A stretch of 51,527 nucleotides of DNA from a virus. Its lineage: Duplodnaviria; Heunggongvirae; Uroviricota; Caudoviricetes. The DNA lies in the IMG/VR virus record IMGVR_UViG_3300031998_000026, positions 1 to 51,527 of that record; one strand, given 5' to 3'. Below are positions 18,001 through 27,942 of the stretch, in pieces. The stretch's first letter is position 1, and every line of letters starts with the position of its first letter. Below the pieces are notes generated by a model that was not told the DNA's origin, did not search any database, and saw only the letters and a program-made list of their open reading frames with translations. The position numbers and the translations under genes were made by a program.

Positions 18001-21000
18001 CATCTACGGGTTCGTCCCTAAGCCAGGCATACGACGGAGACTCAAGCAACGTGGAGGCCGCGACGCAGGCCATGAACGCGTATGTTGCCGCAGAGGCGGT
18101 AGCTGCGGAGAAGGCCGAACTGCTCGATAAGGAGCTGTCATCGTTCGACTTCCAGGAGATAGACGGGATAACCGACCACACCAAGTCCGCGACGTTGCAG
18201 CTCATGGAAGCGTCGAAGGCTGCGGTCGAGGCAAGGCAGAGATATGACGCCCTGATGGGCGAGTTCAATGCCAATGAGGAGAAGATTAACCAGCTTAAGA
18301 ATGAGCCGGCACACATCTCCAGTACTGATGCCGACGCAAAGAAGTTCGAGGCTGCCGAGAGGGAGCGTCTCGAAGCAGTCAAGGCGCTTACAAAGGCGAA
18401 CGAGGAGCTTGAATCGAAGATAAGGCTTGCTAGCGAGGCGGAGCGCGAGGCAAATAAGAACCGTGACGATGCCAAGAAACGCGAGGAGTACGAGAATGCT
18501 GTGGCAGGCGTAGCTCAATGGCGAACGGAGATGAAGAAGGCGTCAGAGGCCGCTCGCGAGCTGTTCGTCAAGCGCTCGCTGGCAGAGACGTTCGGCGACA
18601 CAAGCTCCATAGACAGGCTGCAGGAGAGGGTGGGCTCGCTTACCTCAAGCGCCAACGCCTTCAAGACCGCCTTCGAGTTCGACCCCAAGAACGTCGACAT
18701 GGCGACCGCGAGCATGGCACGGCTGCAGGAGGCAGAGGACGCTGCTGCAAAGAGGATGGCAGAGCTCGGGACCAAGGCATCGGCCATGGATACGTCGAGA
18801 ATCGACGAGCTGCGTGAGAAGTACGGTTCCATCAGGGATGCAGTGGACAAGACGCGCGAGGCCGTCGAAGGCATCCCCGACGTCGCGTCAAAGCTCAGCG
18901 CCGTGCAGACACTCGACAACGTGCCAAGCTACCTCGATGGCATCAGGGAGAAACTCCTTGACCCGACCGCGACATTCAAGGACTACGAGATAGAGTTCCT
19001 GCCCAAGAGCATAGCGGACGCACATAGGAGCCTGTCAGACCTGCGCGAGGTCGGCGTCGACACGCTCAGGGACCTTGCCGACGCAGAGAAGGCCCTGAAG
19101 TTCGAGCAGATGCAGCAGGAGATAGCCGCCGCCCGCATGGAGCTCGAGAAGCTCATGCGGCAGGAGCACGAGATAGTGGTGCGCCTGTCCCTGCAGGGCG
19201 AGTTCGGCGACACCACCAAGATAACCGACGCCCTCGACGGCGCGATGCAGTCCGCCATGGGGCGCGTGGGCACGTTCGACAACGCGCTCAAGTTCGACAC
19301 CAAGAACGTAGACCTGCTCGACGCCAGGATGAGGGCGGTCACCGACGCCATGAATCTGGGTGCCAGGGAGGCGGACGCGCTCAGGGCGGCGATTGCGAAG
19401 ATCGACGCGTCCGACGTCGAGGAGATGCGCACCGCTTACGGGTCCACCTCCAATGCGGTCAGGTCGACCACCGAGGAGGTCGAGACACTCATCTCAAAGG
19501 TAGCCGAGGCACAGGCCGAGATGGACGCCGAGGAGGAGGGCACTAAGGCCTACGACGAGGCAAGGGAGAAGGTCGAGAGGCTGCGCGAGGCACTGGACGC
19601 CGCCGAGCAGTCCAGTGCCAAGGCGGCCAAGTACGAGCAGTGGGAGCGATACAACGAGCAGCTCGCCAAGGTGTCGGCTGCCATGCACGGCCTAAACGAG
19701 GACGTGCGCGAGGTCGCCGAGCGCAACGTCGAGGCGTTCTCCGCGAACTACTCCGAGGGCATGTTCGGCGACGTGGACGAGCAAGTGGCATCGTTCGACG
19801 CCGCCATACAGAAGGCCGAGGAGAGGTACCGCAAGTACACGGACGCGCTCGCCAAGGAGCCCCACAACAAGCTGTTCAAGGACGAGCAGGCAAAGGCGCT
19901 CGCCGAGGCGGTAGACCTCACCAACAGCAAGGTCGCCTACCTCAAGCAGACGATGTCGCAGTTCGACCAATCGAAGATATCGGCCCTGAAGAGCCAGTAC
20001 GGCTCCTTCGGAAAGGCCGTCGACGACTCCAAGCTCAAGCTCAAGGCCACCGAGGCGGAGATAGAGACCCTGAGGCAGAAGGTGGCCGAGTTCGCAGCGA
20101 AGAACGGCAAGGATGCCGCATGGGTGCGCCAGTTCACCGACGCCAAGGCCGAGATAAAGAGCATCCCGCCGGAGCTGGCTCCCGTGCGCGCCCGCATCGT
20201 CGAGCTGTTCGACGTGCAGGGCGGCCAGCAGCTCGAGCTCGCGATAGCGTCCGTGTGCTCGCGGCTCGAGGAGATGGGAGACGAGGCCAACGTGGCTCAG
20301 GCCGCGCTCAGGAAGGCCTTGGAGGGCGACGGCACGTCGTTCATTGACAGCGCCGCGTTCACGCAGGCCGCGCAGGAGATGGGGCAGTGGGCGCGTCAAG
20401 CGGGCCAGCACATAGTCGACTCCGCAAACACCATAGACTCCGCGTACCGAGACATGCGCAAGACGGTCAACGGCACCGAGGAGGAGTTCGAGAGCATCCG
20501 CCAAGCGGCGATAGACTTCTCGCAGACCCATGCCGTCTCCGCCGACCAGATGCTGGAGATGGAGGCGCTCGGCGGGCAGCTCGGCGTGGTGGCAAAAGAC
20601 CTTGAGCAGTTCGGAAGGCTTGGCAGCAACATCTCGATTGCCACAGACATCGAAGCCAATGATGCGGCCTTGCAGCTCGGTCAGATGCAGAACATCATGT
20701 CCGACCTCGAGAACATGGATGACCTAGAGCACTTCGGAGACGCACTCGTCAGACTTGGCAACAACGCCGCAGCACAAGAGTCTGCCATCATGAACGTGGC
20801 ACAGCGCATAGCGGCGGTGGGAAACGTGACGAGCATGTCCGCGTCCGAGGTGCTCGGCTGGTCGGCCGCAATCGCAGAGACCGGACAGAGATCCGAATCC
20901 GCGGCGACCGCATTGCAGCGCACGATAACGGGCATAGGCGATGCGGTCAACAAGGGCGGCTCGACACTCAAGAACTTCGCCGCGATAGCGAACATGAGCA

Positions 21001-24000
21001 CCGACGAGTTCAAAGCGGCGTGGGAGAACAGCTCGTCCGACGCCCTGAAGGCGTTCATCGTCGGCCTCGAGGGCCTCACAGACAGCTCGACGGCCGCAAT
21101 ACAGGCACTCGACGAAGTCAACATCTCGTCCGTCCGACAGGAGACGGCGCTCCTCGCGCTCTCGCAGACCGTCGACAACCTCGACGACAACATAACCATG
21201 TCGAAAGACGCGTTCGACGGAGTAAGCGACGAGTGGGGCGCTGCCGGCGACGCAGCACGGGAGGCCCAGAACAAGTCTGAGGGCTTCTCTGGCTCGCTTA
21301 CCATAATGCAGAACAACATCAACAACCTGGCCGCGTCGCTCGGTGACGGACTGAAGCCGTTCCTCGACCTTGCGGCAAGCGCGCTCAGGACGCTCACAGA
21401 CCTCATCAACAGCATGCCTCCCGGCGTGAAGTCGGCCGTGGTCACCCTCGGCGGGCTGTCGATGATTATCGGGACAGCCGTACCGATAATCAACCAGTTC
21501 CGAAAGGGCTGGGTCGAGATGGCCCAGGCCATGAGTAACAATGCCGCCATACAGAAGCTGACGTCGCGCGGCGTAGAGGAAGACACCGCGAACACCGTCG
21601 CGAACACCGAGGCCAAAGTCGCGAACACTGCTGCCATGAAGTCGAACACGACGACGAAGGAGGAGAACGCGGGGGTGACGAAGGCGCTCTCCGCGGCAAA
21701 GAAGGAGGAGGCGTCGGCGGCCGAGGGCAACTCTTCCGCGATGGCCGGAGACACCGCATCGACGGAGGCGAACACCATAGCCACGACCGAGAACGCGGCC
21801 GCATCCGAGGCTGCTGCGGCCGCCAAGCGGGCCGAGGAGGCTGCCGCCACAAAGTCGTCGAAGGCGATCTACAACGTGAAGGACGCCGCCGGCAACATGG
21901 CCGAGGTGGTCGACGACGTAACCGACGCGGCAGACGCGATGGGAGACGTCGCCAAGGGGGCGGGTAAGGCCGGTGACGCCGCCGGCGACATGGCTAGACT
22001 CGCCGTCAAGGTCGACGACGTCGCGACGGCAGGAGTGAGCGGAGCAAGCTCGATGACGAACCTCGGCGGCCAGACCGGCAAGGCGGCCGGACTCCTCGAC
22101 AAGGCGTCATCCAGCGCCGGAGGACTCATATCGAAGATGAAGGGCATGTGGGAGTCCGTCGGGCCGATAGTCGCCATCATAGGCGCAGTAGAGATGCTGA
22201 TCGAGGAGTACTCGACGGCAATCGACGTCGTCGGCAACTTCACGAAGTCGCTCGACGTGAGGTCAAGCCTCTCGGACGTCGTGTCCGGCATAGACACCGC
22301 GCATCTCGACGGCGTCAAGAAGAGCCTCGGAGAAGTACGCGAGGAGTACCGCAAGGTCCTCGACACGATAGGCCAGTTCGCAGACAGCGCGAGGAACAGC
22401 TACGCCAACGTCGAGGCCGAGGGGAGAATCGTCGACCAGTACGCTGCCAGGATACAGGAGCTGTCGTCCCTGCAGAGCCTCAACTCGGCAGAGCAGGCGG
22501 CGCTCGCGCAGGCGGTCGACTCGTACAACGAGAAGACCGGCGCAAGCGTCCAGATAACCAATGCGCAGACGGGCGAGCTCAACCTCCTCGGCACCCAGAT
22601 AAACGAGGTGACCGAGGCGTACAAGAGGCAGCTCGAGCAGGCGGCGTACGCCGACCTCTACAAGGAGGCCATCGCGGCGCAGGCGAAGGCGCAGATGGAA
22701 TACGACCAGGCGGTCAGGGACTCCGGTCTCTCGGTCGACACGTTCGGCCAGATATTCGAGAGCACCATGGAGAACGGCCTCGGGCTCATGGGCATGCAGA
22801 AGACGGCGATGGAGACCTTCGGCCATGTCACCGGAATATCTGCGTGGGGCGCCAAGGACGCGCTTGACGAGGCGGGCCGTGCGGTCACCGAGCTTGAGGG
22901 CAAGATGAACAACATGTCGTTCTCCTACGGAAACGTCGAGAGCGCAATGGCGTCGGCTGGCCTCGCGGCAGAGCAGTACGCGTCGCTTACTGACGAGCAG
23001 AAGAACAAGCTCGCCGAGATACAGGCGGCACTCATAAACGCAGGTCACTCGCTGGCTGACTACAAGGACCTAACCGCGTCCCAGCTCGCGCAGATTGTCG
23101 CCGCATGGACGGGCAGCGTGCCGGGGATACTGAAGTCTATCAAGGACATCCAGACGTCCACAAAGGCTGCCACCGAGTCCAATCCGCCGACCGTCGACTA
23201 CACTGCCATCTCGAACGCGAGGAAGAAGGAACTAGACAAGCAGTACAACGAGCAGAAGAAGGCCTACGACGCCGAGTACAAGCAACAGCAGAAGGCTCTG
23301 GACAAGGCCTACAAGGCCGCACAGAAGGCCAGTCAGAAATACCTGAAAGATTTTAAGAAGGCCCAGTCCGAGGAGGTCGATGCCTTTAAGGCTGCGACCG
23401 ATGCCAAGGTCAAGGAGATCGAGCGCGAGTACGAGGCGAAGCAGAAGCTGCTCGACCTCGAGTACGAGAAGTACGACTCAGACATCGACGACCGCATAAA
23501 GGCCATAGAGGACGAGCAGGACGCCGAGGACGAGGCGAGGAAGCAGAAGGAGCGTCAGGAGAAGCTCGACGAGCTGAACAAGAAGGTCGCCACGGCGCGG
23601 ACGAACAAGGCGCGCAAGGAGGCCGAGAAGGAGCTCAACGACTACCTCGACGACCTGAGGGCCGAGGACACGAAGAAGCAGCGCGACGCCCAGATACAGA
23701 AGCTCAAGGACCAGAAGTCCTCGCTGAAGGACCAGTACGACGACCGCAAGGCCGAGCTCAAGGAGTCATACGACCTCGCCGTGTCGTCCTACAAGGCCGA
23801 GAGGGAGGCCGAGCTAAAGCTGCTGCAGGAGAAGCAGGAGGCCGAGTACGAGATGGTCTCCGAATCCGAGCAGGCGAAGCTCGAGGCCATGAAGGAAGGG
23901 CATCAGAATCAGCTAGAAGAACTAAAAAATCATAACGACGAGATGCTCGAGGCGATAAAGGAGGCGAACGACGCCGAGGTCCAGGCCATAAGGGACGGAA

Positions 24001-25514
24001 ACGCCGAGGCGTCACAGGCTGCCGCCGAGTCGGCAGCAGACGCAGTCTCAAACATCGAGAATGCGCTCGAGGAGGCTGCGTCGCAGATACCCTACGTCGG
24101 CGAGCTCATCAAGAAGGGTCTCGTCAACATATCAGAGGACGGCGTGCTGTCGTTCACCGACGAGTTCAGGAAGATGCCGGGGGTGACGTCAGACGTCCTC
24201 GGGCTTGTGGCATCGACCATCGAGAACGAGGTGCCCGGTGTCAGCACGTCAGCCAACGAGCTTGCGGACAGCATTGTGGCGCCGTTCGGAACAGCCGCCG
24301 ACAAAGTGGTCGGAAGCGTCAACAGCATCGGAAACTACACGGCTGCGAAGATGGGCATTTACGCATCAGACAGCGTCAACGCCTTCGCAAACGGCATAAG
24401 CGACGAGTCCGCTCTGACGTACCTCATGCAGTCGGCTCAGGCTCTCGCCAACGCGGCGACGGAGCCAGCGAGCGTCATGGCCGTCCTTAACGAGCGCTAC
24501 GGCAAGGACTCCGCATGGGCTCTTGCCGCGGGGTACTCCGACGAGGAGGCGGCGGCAAAGGTACGCGAGGCCACCGATGCCATTGTCGCCGCAAACGGCG
24601 ACCAGCTACAGATAATGGCAGCGCTCGACGAGACGTACGGCAAGGACGCCGTCACCGCACTTGCCAACGGCATGAGCGACCCCGACGCGAGCGCAAAGGC
24701 CTCTGACGCGATGAAGAGCGTCAAGGACAGCACTATGGCGCAGGTCGAGGGAATGCCGGAAGAGGCTGAACAGACAGGCTCCCTGGTTCCTCCGGCGCTC
24801 GCGTCAGGCATGGCGAAGCTAGGCGACAAGCCCATCGAGGCGATGGGCGAGATACTCAAGTACATCGCTGACGAGATGGGCAAGAACGACTGGTCCGAGG
24901 TGTCCGGCAACAACCTAATCGTGAACTTCGCAAGGGGCATGGCGTCGACCAACGCACTCGGAGCCGTCGCGAACGCAGCCATCAGCGTGGCGAACCTCGT
25001 GGCGTCGTATCTGCACCACTCCACTCCAGACAAGGGGCCGCTCAGGTACGACGACAGGTGGGGCGGCGAGATGGTCGACAACTGGGTAGGCTCAATGCGG
25101 TCGAGGTTCGGCCTGCTCGAGGGCACTACGAGCCAGATGGCAGGCATGCTCGCGGACGGCATGAGCGTCAGGGACGCCAACGCCGACTTCATGCAGTCGC
25201 TCATAGACGATATGCGCTCGAAGGAGGGCGAGCTGCTCAGGCAGGCCCAGCGCATGGCCGAGATAGTGGAGAGGGGCTTCGACCCCGAGCTGACGGTAGA
25301 CGCGGCGTACGAAGCCATAGACCGCATCGACAGGGGCAGGCTCAGGCGGCAGCAGATGGTTGCGTCCAGCCAGAGCGTGGACAACAGCACGTACGCGCCG
25401 GTTATAAACATCAACATCCCCGAGATGGTCATCCGCGAGGAGGCGGACATCGACAGGGTGTCTAACCAGATAGCGGTCAAGGTGCAGCGGCAGCTCAACT
25501 CGAGGATTGGCTAG
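15087..25514 (+). CDS. tape measure protein (3475 aa)
   Basis: MAESYRGLTIRIGGDTSSL start; long Ala/Glu/Lys helical sequence; TP901-type core near 20400-21400 (DSAYRDMRKTVNG...LGNNAAAQESAI); followed by Dit. Confidence 0.93.
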   Translation: MAESYRGLTIRIGGDTSSLVKALRAPNQAISQTQAEIRKLGQALKLDPGNVQVISTQMGYMANQATNVSMKLAELKRAQEQIGKLKYTADDGSVQTVREMARATEEYGGAVSNVSEKLASNRTELSKLTVRLAEAHNNMTNLTRTAASTERTKIGDAFNLAAGITSVDELTKKYSQELPNGMKRSEEQVRQIISEIEKMRDAIGFKDGTVNVDAIVQSLRDLPEGISISSAKLSSFSEKLAKFNEKHHDAFNQAKSDVEALTQKQEELQSKVEEDKEGINNRVTEAQLEGERLINEAVEEGKRLVEDATQATKDRAAATKAVEEAQRRLNEAEANLETAKGEEDAASEMVAGVERVKAGLESLSDDDSMGKLVEIATREFDGFVDHVAESKKELLDAVNFNNAFDFDADESVKEAGRVRQAVIDAYDEIHERYDSIEDQRQRLFDSAQEARKSGDQALFEKLLSESGKFDPTELFFEDRKALINAYSVVADASTRSAEIQVENIERVKKAYEQVYMLGGENPDMTRTSIDNEISASQNLLDEYKAKYKDTLAALRSLRTEYLEDGDDESAAVASRLISDLTKQRDATVNAIKAQISRLKTEKKAFDDMLSVTDKYEAATPVEVYDEIQQKLQDTKALRDAEKRSVDETTARLKAEGKSQQEVTEAVADGVDKVKEFDARIKDLKSDLSAVSGGRGANLKGAFTEAYEKQHSNDEARESARAKVAEEQAENIKQAEQELDEAREQHSKAHQSRLKAEEDLENARAEAAMKAKAAEGDSAGTVEDAKAQAEKMRADATENASKMVQDAMQAQDDSVLNLIQDQIEYEQTTESLNAAQATLADTLDDLAKLGGKVGVLSGEMFKNAEGNTNVAHMDEILRSIAENLGISGNEIDEFVAKTQGLVDGFNDASTEQEKLLKVTRYQDLVSEIMKSEAAVKSLAEKMSGMNVPSELMRGMYELVEDTKTLDVAYRALTSTGSSLSQAYDGDSSNVEAATQAMNAYVAAEAVAAEKAELLDKELSSFDFQEIDGITDHTKSATLQLMEASKAAVEARQRYDALMGEFNANEEKINQLKNEPAHISSTDADAKKFEAAERERLEAVKALTKANEELESKIRLASEAEREANKNRDDAKKREEYENAVAGVAQWRTEMKKASEAARELFVKRSLAETFGDTSSIDRLQERVGSLTSSANAFKTAFEFDPKNVDMATASMARLQEAEDAAAKRMAELGTKASAMDTSRIDELREKYGSIRDAVDKTREAVEGIPDVASKLSAVQTLDNVPSYLDGIREKLLDPTATFKDYEIEFLPKSIADAHRSLSDLREVGVDTLRDLADAEKALKFEQMQQEIAAARMELEKLMRQEHEIVVRLSLQGEFGDTTKITDALDGAMQSAMGRVGTFDNALKFDTKNVDLLDARMRAVTDAMNLGAREADALRAAIAKIDASDVEEMRTAYGSTSNAVRSTTEEVETLISKVAEAQAEMDAEEEGTKAYDEAREKVERLREALDAAEQSSAKAAKYEQWERYNEQLAKVSAAMHGLNEDVREVAERNVEAFSANYSEGMFGDVDEQVASFDAAIQKAEERYRKYTDALAKEPHNKLFKDEQAKALAEAVDLTNSKVAYLKQTMSQFDQSKISALKSQYGSFGKAVDDSKLKLKATEAEIETLRQKVAEFAAKNGKDAAWVRQFTDAKAEIKSIPPELAPVRARIVELFDVQGGQQLELAIASVCSRLEEMGDEANVAQAALRKALEGDGTSFIDSAAFTQAAQEMGQWARQAGQHIVDSANTIDSAYRDMRKTVNGTEEEFESIRQAAIDFSQTHAVSADQMLEMEALGGQLGVVAKDLEQFGRLGSNISIATDIEANDAALQLGQMQNIMSDLENMDDLEHFGDALVRLGNNAAAQESAIMNVAQRIAAVGNVTSMSASEVLGWSAAIAETGQRSESAATALQRTITGIGDAVNKGGSTLKNFAAIANMSTDEFKAAWENSSSDALKAFIVGLEGLTDSSTAAIQALDEVNISSVRQETALLALSQTVDNLDDNITMSKDAFDGVSDEWGAAGDAAREAQNKSEGFSGSLTIMQNNINNLAASLGDGLKPFLDLAASALRTLTDLINSMPPGVKSAVVTLGGLSMIIGTAVPIINQFRKGWVEMAQAMSNNAAIQKLTSRGVEEDTANTVANTEAKVANTAAMKSNTTTKEENAGVTKALSAAKKEEASAAEGNSSAMAGDTASTEANTIATTENAAASEAAAAAKRAEEAAATKSSKAIYNVKDAAGNMAEVVDDVTDAADAMGDVAKGAGKAGDAAGDMARLAVKVDDVATAGVSGASSMTNLGGQTGKAAGLLDKASSSAGGLISKMKGMWESVGPIVAIIGAVEMLIEEYSTAIDVVGNFTKSLDVRSSLSDVVSGIDTAHLDGVKKSLGEVREEYRKVLDTIGQFADSARNSYANVEAEGRIVDQYAARIQELSSLQSLNSAEQAALAQAVDSYNEKTGASVQITNAQTGELNLLGTQINEVTEAYKRQLEQAAYADLYKEAIAAQAKAQMEYDQAVRDSGLSVDTFGQIFESTMENGLGLMGMQKTAMETFGHVTGISAWGAKDALDEAGRAVTELEGKMNNMSFSYGNVESAMASAGLAAEQYASLTDEQKNKLAEIQAALINAGHSLADYKDLTASQLAQIVAAWTGSVPGILKSIKDIQTSTKAATESNPPTVDYTAISNARKKELDKQYNEQKKAYDAEYKQQQKALDKAYKAAQKASQKYLKDFKKAQSEEVDAFKAATDAKVKEIEREYEAKQKLLDLEYEKYDSDIDDRIKAIEDEQDAEDEARKQKERQEKLDELNKKVATARTNKARKEAEKELNDYLDDLRAEDTKKQRDAQIQKLKDQKSSLKDQYDDRKAELKESYDLAVSSYKAEREAELKLLQEKQEAEYEMVSESEQAKLEAMKEGHQNQLEELKNHNDEMLEAIKEANDAEVQAIRDGNAEASQAAAESAADAVSNIENALEEAASQIPYVGELIKKGLVNISEDGVLSFTDEFRKMPGVTSDVLGLVASTIENEVPGVSTSANELADSIVAPFGTAADKVVGSVNSIGNYTAAKMGIYASDSVNAFANGISDESALTYLMQSAQALANAATEPASVMAVLNERYGKDSAWALAAGYSDEEAAAKVREATDAIVAANGDQLQIMAALDETYGKDAVTALANGMSDPDASAKASDAMKSVKDSTMAQVEGMPEEAEQTGSLVPPALASGMAKLGDKPIEAMGEILKYIADEMGKNDWSEVSGNNLIVNFARGMASTNALGAVANAAISVANLVASYLHHSTPDKGPLRYDDRWGGEMVDNWVGSMRSRFGLLEGTTSQMAGMLADGMSVRDANADFMQSLIDDMRSKEGELLRQAQRMAEIVERGFDPELTVDAAYEAIDRIDRGRLRRQQMVASSQSVDNSTYAPVININIPEMVIREEADIDRVSNQIAVKVQRQLNSRIG

Positions 25515-25517
25515 GAC

Positions 25518-26252
25518 ATGGAAAAGTCTTACTTCGACGGAGAGTCGTTCGAGTCCCACGGGATAGTGATCGAGCGCATCCACGACGACCTGCCGGCGAT
25601 GAGGGAGGAGATGGAGCCGTACCCCGGAGGGCACGGCTCAAGGGTCAACTCACTCACGCTCAACCCGCGCGAGATAACGCTCGAGTGCAGGTTCCTCGGC
25701 GACAGGTGGGGCGACTTCGAGACGATGAAGGACGACGTGGCGGAGTGGGTGGTCACCGACTCCGACAGGCCGCTCGCCCTCAGGAACCACCTTGGGCAAC
25801 ACTACATGGCGCACTACACGTCGTTCACGGAGGGCGACAGGCTCGGCACCACCGGCATCGGCGGGTTCGAGATTGTGTTCACCGCCTCCGACCCCATACG
25901 ATACGGCGAGGAGAGGGCGTTCGTGCTGTCGGGCACGGGCCAGCAGCAGTTCGAGGTCGGTGGCACCGACGCCGCCGACATGACCGTGTCCGTGAGGGGC
26001 GCGACGAGGAGCGCGTCGACGAAGGTGTGGGCCATCAGGATGAACGACAGCGTTCTCAAGGTAGCCTTGTCGGACTCGCGCCAGCACCCGATAGACATCG
26101 ACCTGCGCACGCACACCGTGACGGTCGACGGCAGCCTCACGGGCGTGACGCTCGACTCGGAGTGGCCCGAGGTGACGCCGGGCAGGTGGCGCTGCGCGAT
26201 AGAGCAGGGCACGGGCACGGCCACGTTCTCGTGGACCCAACGTTACAGGTAG
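25518..26252 (+). CDS. distal tail protein (Dit)
   Basis: FDGESFESHGIVIE...LNPREITLEC...FEIVFTASDPIRYG; position after TMP. Confidence 0.85.
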   Translation: MEKSYFDGESFESHGIVIERIHDDLPAMREEMEPYPGGHGSRVNSLTLNPREITLECRFLGDRWGDFETMKDDVAEWVVTDSDRPLALRNHLGQHYMAHYTSFTEGDRLGTTGIGGFEIVFTASDPIRYGEERAFVLSGTGQQQFEVGGTDAADMTVSVRGATRSASTKVWAIRMNDSVLKVALSDSRQHPIDIDLRTHTVTVDGSLTGVTLDSEWPEVTPGRWRCAIEQGTGTATFSWTQRYR

Positions 26253-26259
26253 GCAGGGC

Positions 26260-27891
26260 ATGGCTGACTTCAGGGTTCTACTGTTCAGGCAGGACGGCAG
26301 CCCTGAAGGGGAGCTGTCCAAGTCGGCAGGCACGCTGCTCACGTGCACGAGGTCGGAGGAGATAAACGGCGAGCACTCGCTGTCGCTCACGACCGAGAGG
26401 CACCTCGAGGTCGGCACGAGGGCGCTCACGCACCACGCCGACGGAAGGTGGCGCGAGTGGGTCGTCGACGAGCCGAGCGAGACGCACGACACCGGAGACC
26501 ACGCGGTCGGCACGTACCACCTGTGCTGGTCGGTGCAGTTCGACCTGCAGATGGTGTACGGAAAGGTGCGCGAGCTTGGCATGCTGTCCCCCGCTACCGC
26601 GAGGTCCGCCATGGAGGCTGCTCTCGACGGGACCGCGATGTGGTCGGTGGGAACCTGCGACGTCACCGAGAAGGCGTCATCCGTCGTCATGAACACCGAC
26701 TCGTCCGCATGGGACAGGCTCACCACGGTGGTCAAGTACTGGGGCGGCGAGATAGACGCGGAGATAGCCGTCGGCAACAACGGGGTCACGTCCCGCAAGG
26801 TGGCGCTCAGGAGGCACCTCGGATCGGAGAGCGCAACGAGGCGCTTCGAGTGGAGCCACGACCTCACCGGCATAACGCGCACGCCGGACCCAGGGCCATA
26901 CGCGTGCAGGCTCGTCCCGCTCGGCAACGGCGAGTCGGAGGAGGCGGCGGACGGCTACACGACCTACGACGTCAAGCTCGACATAACGACCGCCGCGTCG
27001 TTCGTCGACTCGTCCAAGGGCATACGCCACGAGAGGGGCACCGACTACATACGCGACACCCAGTCCGAGGCCGTGTTCCGAAAGGCGGATGGCAAGGGCG
27101 GATGGGAGTACCCGGAGGTCGCGGTCACGTTCGGCACCGACGACCTGGACGAGCTTGTCGAGATGGCGAAGGAGGACGTGCTCTACCACACGAGGCCCGG
27201 CATCTCGTACTCGGGCACCGTGGCGAACTTCTCCGTCGCAGGAATGGAGACGGACGGTATAGGCCTCGGCGACGAGGTGCAGGTAGTCGACATGGGTTTC
27301 AACCCCGACGCAGGGCTCAGGGTGCAGGAGCGCGTGCTGCACGTCGAGATAGACGAGATGGGTGTCGAGGACGCAAAGCTCGACATAGGCAGGCTGCTGC
27401 CGAAGCTCGAGAGGACGATCGCGACCATAACGGAGACGATAGGCGTCGGATCGGTCGGATACACCGCGCCGGTCTGGGACAGCAGCAGGTACGAGGTCGC
27501 GACGCCGACGCTATCGCACTACACGGTGTCCACGCCGAGCTCGGGGGGAGTGAGCTACAACGTGCCTTCGATAAGCTACGACATACCGGACTACGGCAGC
27601 GCGATATCGGACATACAGGGACAGATCGCCGACATCTACAGCGGCAGCGCAGGAATAGACATCGGCACCGCAGGCCACGACGGCATCATCCACCAATTCG
27701 ACGGCGTGACGATGACCGAGGGCACCATAAACTTCACGACGGTTGTTGCCGAGCCGTCGGTGCCTAGCACCGGGGAGGAGAAGCCCTCTGACTGGGGTAA
27801 GGGCAACGAAAAGGCGAAGAAGGTCGCAGATGCGGCTGCTAGCATGACATGGGGCAGCGGCGACGGAGGCGGCGGCGGGCACTCGTTCTGA
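26260..27891 (+). CDS. tail-associated protein (Tal / prophage tail endopeptidase-like)
   Basis: TCTRSEEINGEHSL, WGGEI, RRFEWSHDLTGITR, CRLVPLG, IGLGDEVQVVD; position after Dit. Confidence 0.85.
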   Translation: MADFRVLLFRQDGSPEGELSKSAGTLLTCTRSEEINGEHSLSLTTERHLEVGTRALTHHADGRWREWVVDEPSETHDTGDHAVGTYHLCWSVQFDLQMVYGKVRELGMLSPATARSAMEAALDGTAMWSVGTCDVTEKASSVVMNTDSSAWDRLTTVVKYWGGEIDAEIAVGNNGVTSRKVALRRHLGSESATRRFEWSHDLTGITRTPDPGPYACRLVPLGNGESEEAADGYTTYDVKLDITTAASFVDSSKGIRHERGTDYIRDTQSEAVFRKADGKGGWEYPEVAVTFGTDDLDELVEMAKEDVLYHTRPGISYSGTVANFSVAGMETDGIGLGDEVQVVDMGFNPDAGLRVQERVLHVEIDEMGVEDAKLDIGRLLPKLERTIATITETIGVGSVGYTAPVWDSSRYEVATPTLSHYTVSTPSSGGVSYNVPSISYDIPDYGSAISDIQGQIADIYSGSAGIDIGTAGHDGIIHQFDGVTMTEGTINFTTVVAEPSVPSTGEEKPSDWGKGNEKAKKVADAAASMTWGSGDGGGGGHSF

Positions 27892-27942
27892 CGCAACAGG
27901 CAAAGCGCAGGTTGGGCATGAATGGCATGAGAAGGGGTTAAG

